A stretch of 52,358 nt of DNA from Candidatus Woesearchaeota archaeon UBA489 (GTDB lineage Archaea > Nanobdellota > Nanobdellia > SCGC-AAA011-G17 > UBA489). Below the pieces are notes generated by a model, which was not told the origin of the DNA, did not search any database, and saw only the letters and a program-made list of their open reading frames with translations. Positions 47,755 through 52,358 of the stretch are shown here, piece after piece. Position 1 is the stretch's first letter, and the number at the start of each line of letters is the position of its first letter. The stretch is from the NCBI GenBank assembly GCA_002505585.1, contig DAVM01000016.1, positions 1 through 52,358 of the forward strand, read 5' to 3'. The position numbers were made by a program, and so were the translations under genes.

Positions 47755-48243
47755 ATGTCAGAGCAAAAAATGAAGGAATTAGTGCGTATAGCTAATGCTG
47801 ATATTAAAGGTCATAAAGCTGTTGTTTTTGGTTTAACTAGGATTTTTGGTGTCTCGGATATGTTTGCTAACGCTCTTTGTGTTGTGAATAATATTGATAA
47901 AAATAAAAAGGTTGGTTTGCTTGAGGATGCTGAAGTGAAAGCTATTGAACAGTCTATTGAAAATCTTGATAAAGTTCCCTCTTGGTTAAGAAACTCTCGT
48001 AAAGAAATGGATTCTGGTGAGGATAAACATGTTGTTGGTCCTCAATTAAAATTAAAAAAAGAATTTGATATTCGTCGTATGAAAAAGACTAAAAGTTACA
48101 AAGGTATGCGTCATGCTGTTGGTTTACCTGTTCGTGGTCAACGTACTAAGGGTCATTTCAGGAAAGGTAAAGCTGTTGGTGTTGTTAAGAAGTCTCAACA
48201 AAAACAAGCTAAAAAACCTAGTGGTGGAGCTAAGAAAAAGTAA
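47755..48243 (+). CDS. rps13: 30S ribosomal protein S13 (uS13)
   Basis: SYKGMRHAVGLPVRGQRTK. Confidence 0.96.
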   Translation: MSEQKMKELVRIANADIKGHKAVVFGLTRIFGVSDMFANALCVVNNIDKNKKVGLLEDAEVKAIEQSIENLDKVPSWLRNSRKEMDSGEDKHVVGPQLKLKKEFDIRRMKKTKSYKGMRHAVGLPVRGQRTKGHFRKGKAVGVVKKSQQKQAKKPSGGAKKK

Positions 48244-48249
48244 TTGAAA

Positions 48250-48927
48250 ATGGGCGATCCAAAAAAACAAAGAAAAAAGTTTAATACTCCTTCTCATCCT
48301 TGGGAAAGAAATCGTATTGAAGAAGAAAAAATTATTACTAAACAATTTGGTTTTAAAAATAAGACTGAAATTTGGAAGATGCAGGCTATTTTGCGTAATT
48401 TCAAAAACCAAGCTAAGGATCTTATTAAGCGTTCTGATGAGGATGCTAAAAACCAACAAAAGTTGTTGATGGCTAAACTTTTAAAAATGGGTTTGATTGA
48501 GCAAGAGATTGAAGTTGAAAAGATTTTAGATATTCCTATGGATGATTTGTTTAATCGTCGTTTACAAAGTGTTGTGTATAAGAAAGGGTTGGCTCATTCT
48601 ATGAACCAAGCTCGGCAATTTATTGTGCATGGTCATATTACTGTAAATAATAAAGTACTTGATGTGCCTTCTTATATTGTTAAGAAAGGTGAGGAAGAAT
48701 TGATTGGTTTTAAAGAAACTTCTCCTTTGCAAGATGAAGAACATCCTGAACGTGTTACTGAAGCTAAGAAAGAGCTTGAAGAAATTACTATTAAACCTAA
48801 AGAAGAGAAAGGTGAAGAAGTAAAAGCTGAAGAACCTAAAGTTGCAACTCCTACTGAAGAAAAAGTAGAAGCTAAGCCTGAAGTTCCAGCTCCTGTTGAA
48901 GAAAAAGTTGAGGAAGTTAAAGCATGA
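48250..48927 (+). CDS. rps4: 30S ribosomal protein S4 (uS4) with acidic tail
   Basis: [28 protein letters not shown]. Confidence 0.96.
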   Translation: MGDPKKQRKKFNTPSHPWERNRIEEEKIITKQFGFKNKTEIWKMQAILRNFKNQAKDLIKRSDEDAKNQQKLLMAKLLKMGLIEQEIEVEKILDIPMDDLFNRRLQSVVYKKGLAHSMNQARQFIVHGHITVNNKVLDVPSYIVKKGEEELIGFKETSPLQDEEHPERVTEAKKELEEITIKPKEEKGEEVKAEEPKVATPTEEKVEAKPEVPAPVEEKVEEVKA

Positions 48928-49325
48928 TTAAAGAACAAGCTTTAAGGTGGGGTGTAGCTCATATTTATGCTAGTTATAATAATACTATTATTCATATTAC
49001 TGATATTACTGGTTCTGAAACTATTGTGAAAGCTTCTGGTGGTATGGTTGTTAAAGCTCATCGTTTAGAAAGTTCTCCTACTGCTGCTATGTCTGCTGCT
49101 CGTCAAGCTGCTGAGGGTGCTAGAGAAAAAGGTATTAATGCTATTCATGTGAAGATTCGTGCTCCTGGTGGTCATCAAGGTCCTAATAGTCCTGGTCCTG
49201 GTGCACAAGCTGCTGTTCGTGCTTTGTCACGTTCTGGTTTAAAGATTGGTATCATTGAAGATGTTACTGCTACTCCTACTGATTCTTGTAAAAAGAAAGG
49301 TGGTAGAAGAGGAAGGAGAGTTTAA
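48924..49325 (+). CDS. rps11: 30S ribosomal protein S11 (uS11)
   Basis: [25 protein letters not shown]. Confidence 0.97.
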   Translation: MIKEQALRWGVAHIYASYNNTIIHITDITGSETIVKASGGMVVKAHRLESSPTAAMSAARQAAEGAREKGINAIHVKIRAPGGHQGPNSPGPGAQAAVRALSRSGLKIGIIEDVTATPTDSCKKKGGRRGRRV

Positions 49326-49326
49326 G

Positions 49327-50103
49327 ATGGAATGTAAAGTTTTGAAGAAGGAAAAGGATGTTATAGTTTTTTCTATTGATAAAACTAATCCTGCTATGGT
49401 AAATACTATTAGGAGATATGCTATGAATTATGTTCCTACTTTGGCTATTGAAGAGGTTGAATTTACTGAAAATAATTCTGCTTTGTTTGATGAAATGCTT
49501 GCTCATCGTCTTGGTTTAATTCCTTTAAAGACTGATTTAAAATCTTATAAAGAGATTGCTAATTGTAAGTGTAAGAATAAGGGTTGTGCTCAATGTAAAT
49601 TAGTTTTAACTCTAAAAGCTAAAGGTCCTTGCACTGTATATTCTGGAGATATGGTTTCTAAAGATCCTAAATGTAAACCAGCTTTTGATAAAATTCCTAT
49701 TGTTAAATTATTAAAAGATCAGGAAGTTAAAATGAATTTAACTGCTGTTCTTGGAACTGGTGGAGAACATGCTAAGTTTAGTCCTTGTTTAATGTATTAT
49801 TGGGGGTTTCCTTCTTTGAAAACTACTAAGGATAGTAATACTTCAGAAGTTGTTGTTAAAAGTAATGGCATGATTGTTAAAAAAGGGAGTGATTTAGAAA
49901 TTAAAGATGTTGTTGTTTGGAATGAAGCTCTTGAAGAGATGTGTGAAAAGAATAATGTTGAAGTGTTGCATAGTGATGAAAAGTTCATCTGTACTCTTGA
50001 ATCTTGGGGACAATTAGAACTTAAAGAAATTCTTACTGAGGCTATAAAAGTTTTTGATACTAAATTAGAAGAGTTTGTTAAATTAGTCAAAAAGCTTAAA
50101 TAA
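49327..50103 (+). CDS. rpoD: RNA polymerase subunit D (Rpo3)
   Basis: NTIRR...VPTLAIE, NNSALFDEMLAHRLGLIPL, EHAKFSP; ATG at 49327. Confidence 0.95.
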   Translation: MECKVLKKEKDVIVFSIDKTNPAMVNTIRRYAMNYVPTLAIEEVEFTENNSALFDEMLAHRLGLIPLKTDLKSYKEIANCKCKNKGCAQCKLVLTLKAKGPCTVYSGDMVSKDPKCKPAFDKIPIVKLLKDQEVKMNLTAVLGTGGEHAKFSPCLMYYWGFPSLKTTKDSNTSEVVVKSNGMIVKKGSDLEIKDVVVWNEALEEMCEKNNVEVLHSDEKFICTLESWGQLELKEILTEAIKVFDTKLEEFVKLVKKLK

Positions 50104-50129
50104 TGCTGCTAAGGTTATCTTCGTTATAC

Positions 50130-50215
50130 GCGGGGGTGCCAGAGTCTGGTCAAATGGGTTACCTTGAGGGGGTAATAGCTTAGTGCTTGCGCAGGTTCAA
50201 ATCCTGTCCTCCGCA
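50130..50215 (+). tRNA. tRNA-Leu(GAG), intronless
   Basis: GCGGGGG/CCTCCGC acceptor with A73, TTACC-TTGAGGG-GGTAA anticodon arm, long variable arm, TTCAAAT. Confidence 0.95.
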
Positions 50216-50322
50216 TACTTTTTCAACCAAAACCTTTAAAAACCGTTTATCACAGTTTTCTTAGTACTTTGCGAGTGTTGAGCGTCAGCAGAGTCTCAAT
50301 CTATAACGCTCTTATCTACAAA

Positions 50323-50676
50323 ATGGCAAAATCAACCGGTCCAACAAATCCTGTTTTAATTACTTTAATCAGAGAACTAAGAAAAACTAGTGCTAAAGAG
50401 AAGGTTAATATTTGGAAACGTGTTGCTAATGATTTAGCTAAACCTTCTCGTCAAAGAAGGGAAGTTAATCTTTCTAGTATTGATAAACATTCTAAAGCTA
50501 AGGAAAGTATTATTGTTCCTGGTAAAGTTTTGGGTGTTGGTGATTTAACGCATAATGTTACTGTTGCTGCTTGGCAATTTTCTGAGGGTGCTAAGAAAAA
50601 AGTTAAGGAAGCTTTGTCTATCGAAGAATTAATGAAAAAAAATCCTAAGGGTAAAGATGTGAGGATTATTGGATAA
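50323..50676 (+). CDS. rpl18e: 50S ribosomal protein L18e
   Basis: TNPVL, IWKRVA, EVNLS, VPGKVLG; ATG at 50323. Confidence 0.95.
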   Translation: MAKSTGPTNPVLITLIRELRKTSAKEKVNIWKRVANDLAKPSRQRREVNLSSIDKHSKAKESIIVPGKVLGVGDLTHNVTVAAWQFSEGAKKKVKEALSIEELMKKNPKGKDVRIIG

Positions 50677-50677
50677 A

Positions 50678-50941
50678 ATGGGAAAGAAAAATTATAATTT
50701 ATTAACAGATAATCATTTGCATCAAGTAACAGATGAAAAAACTTTAAATGATATTGGTGCTGTTATTTTAGATATATTAAGTGTAAGAAATAATGGTGTG
50801 CAAGAAGGTTTCTTGGCCCATAAAATAAAGGAGAGAATAGGAAGAAATATACCTAATAAAGATATCCAAAATGGAATAAACTATGTTCAAGGAACAGGAT
50901 TAGTACTACATAAAAATAGGAGATACACTCTAAAACAATGA
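50678..50941 (+). CDS. Small winged-helix-like hypothetical protein inserted between rpl18e and rpl13
   Basis: Helix-helix-helix-wing pattern (ILDILS...LAHKIKE...IQNGINYV..GLV...RYTL); A-rich composition. Confidence 0.55.
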   Translation: MGKKNYNLLTDNHLHQVTDEKTLNDIGAVILDILSVRNNGVQEGFLAHKIKERIGRNIPNKDIQNGINYVQGTGLVLHKNRRYTLKQ

Positions 50942-51354
50942 TTATTGATGCTAAAGATTTAATTTTAGGTCGTGTTGGTACTGTTGCTGCTAAGAAGGCT
51001 TTGCTTGGTGAAACTATTGATATTGTTAATGTTGAAGAGATTGTTATTACAGGTAGTAAAAATGAAATTGTTGCTCGGTACAAGCATAAGAAAGATCGTG
51101 GGCAACCTATTACTGGTCCTTTTATTTCTACTAAAGAAGATCGTTTTGTTAAGCGTGCTATTCGGGGTATGCTTCCTTATAGGCAAGAAAAGGGTTTGTC
51201 TGCTTTTAAACGTATTAAGTGTCATATTGGTGTTCCAGAAGCTTTAAAAGAGAAGAAATCTGAGTCTTTGAAGATGGCTCATGTGAGTAAGATGCCTAAT
51301 TTAAAATTTATGAGAGTTAAGGAATTATGTAGATTGTTGGGTAGGAATTCGTAA
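50938..51354 (+). CDS. rpl13: 50S ribosomal protein L13 (uL13)
   Basis: IIDA...[13 protein letters not shown]. Confidence 0.95.
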   Translation: MIIDAKDLILGRVGTVAAKKALLGETIDIVNVEEIVITGSKNEIVARYKHKKDRGQPITGPFISTKEDRFVKRAIRGMLPYRQEKGLSAFKRIKCHIGVPEALKEKKSESLKMAHVSKMPNLKFMRVKELCRLLGRNS

Positions 51355-51356
51355 AA

Positions 51357-51761
51357 ATGGCTAAACCTTTAGTAATTTCAGGAAAGAGAAAACGTGCTAT
51401 TGCTCGTGCTAGGATTAAAGAGGGTAAAGGATTTATTCGTATTAATAAACAATTGATTAAGACTATTCAGCCTAAGCTTGCTCGTATTCGTTTAATGGAA
51501 CCTTTAACTTTGGCTGGTGATGAGATTGTTAATAAGGTTAATATTGATGTTAATGTTATGGGTGGTGGTTGGATGGGGCAAACTGAAGCTGCTCGTTTGG
51601 CTATTGCTAGGGCTTTGGTTGAATTTACTAAGAATAAACAATTGAAACAAGATTTTTTAGAGTATGATCGTCATTTATTGATTGCTGATGTTCGTCAGAA
51701 CGAACCATCTAAGCCTAATGATTCTAAACCAAGAGCGAAGAGGCAAAAGTCTTATAGGTAG
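51357..51761 (+). CDS. rps9: 30S ribosomal protein S9 (uS9)
   Basis: [24 protein letters not shown]. Confidence 0.96.
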   Translation: MAKPLVISGKRKRAIARARIKEGKGFIRINKQLIKTIQPKLARIRLMEPLTLAGDEIVNKVNIDVNVMGGGWMGQTEAARLAIARALVEFTKNKQLKQDFLEYDRHLLIADVRQNEPSKPNDSKPRAKRQKSYR

Positions 51762-51778
51762 TGAGGTAAACAAAGAAA

Positions 51779-51976
51779 ATGATTATTCCAGTGCGTTGTA
51801 TGGGTTGTTCAAAACCAGTGGCTCAACTTTGGGAAGAATACCAAGAACAAGTTAGTAAGGGTACTGATAAGAAGACTGCTTTGGATAATGTCGGCTTAAA
51901 GCGTTATTGTTGCCGTGGTTTATTCCTTGGTCACATCGATTTGATTGATACTGTTGCTCAATTCAAGAAGAGTTAA
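51779..51976 (+). CDS. rpoN: RNA polymerase subunit N (Rpo10)
   Basis: MIIPVRCMGC, RYCCR. Confidence 0.96.
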   Translation: MIIPVRCMGCSKPVAQLWEEYQEQVSKGTDKKTALDNVGLKRYCCRGLFLGHIDLIDTVAQFKKS

Positions 51977-51986
51977 GTAATTTATA

Positions 51987-52325
51987 ATGCAAGCTTATCT
52001 TAATCACGCTACTGATTATGAATCTTTTTTGAGTATTGAATTAATTAATGGTGTAGATAGATTATCTGGTACTTCTCTGAGTTGTTTGTTAGAGAGTAGT
52101 GATGGTTTTACAGGTATTAATTTATGTCTAAGTTTAAATGCTCAAGAGAGAGAAGGGTCTAGTGTCATATTTTTCCCTTCTTCAACAAGTATTGATAATA
52201 TTCAGCGTATTGATATTTGTCTTAGTAATAGAGAAATAAAAATGTTAGAAAAGAGTGGTTCAACTAGATTTAATGATGGTAGTTTGTTACTTTCTATTAG
52301 AAAAAGAGATTATTCTTTACAATAA
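51987..52325 (+). CDS. Hypothetical protein
   Basis: 112-aa ORF directly after rpoN; no recognisable motif. Confidence 0.5.
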   Translation: MQAYLNHATDYESFLSIELINGVDRLSGTSLSCLLESSDGFTGINLCLSLNAQEREGSSVIFFPSSTSIDNIQRIDICLSNREIKMLEKSGSTRFNDGSLLLSIRKRDYSLQ

Positions 52326-52358
52326 AAATGTTTTTATAGTCTTTTTCTTTCTTTCTTT

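Noticed and set aside
1-52358. CRISPR array, rRNA, transposase or integrase
   Set aside because: No regularly spaced repeats, rRNA-like segments or DDE/tyrosine recombinase motifs were seen.

Overview
AT-rich archaeal genomic window, most likely from a DPANN lineage such as Woesearchaeota (inferred from gene content, split rpoB/rpoA and 'ITGF'-type membrane proteins). It carries core information-processing loci: rad50-like ATPase, rpoH-B''-B'-A'-A''-L30e-nusA-S12-S7-EF2-EF1a-S10, pheST, trpS, dnaG, SRP RNA, elp3, L21e-rpoF, S13-S4-S11-rpoD, L18e-L13-S9-rpoN, and five tRNAs. Small accessory genes are interspersed. Main discovery: the EF-2 gene is interrupted inside its GTPase P-loop (AHID|HGKT) by a 34-nt frame-breaking insert. 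The insert folds into a bulge-helix-bulge (BHB) whose predicted cut sites restore the protein exactly, i.e. a tRNA-type intron in an mRNA. This intron and the non-canonical mini-introns of tRNA-Tyr and tRNA-Ser each lie just downstream of a free-standing LAGLIDADG endonuclease gene (two intact, one probable remnant). That suggests a recurring 'free-standing homing endonuclease + protective BHB mini-intron' system. All calls were made by eye from sequence and translations; no searches or folding programs were run.
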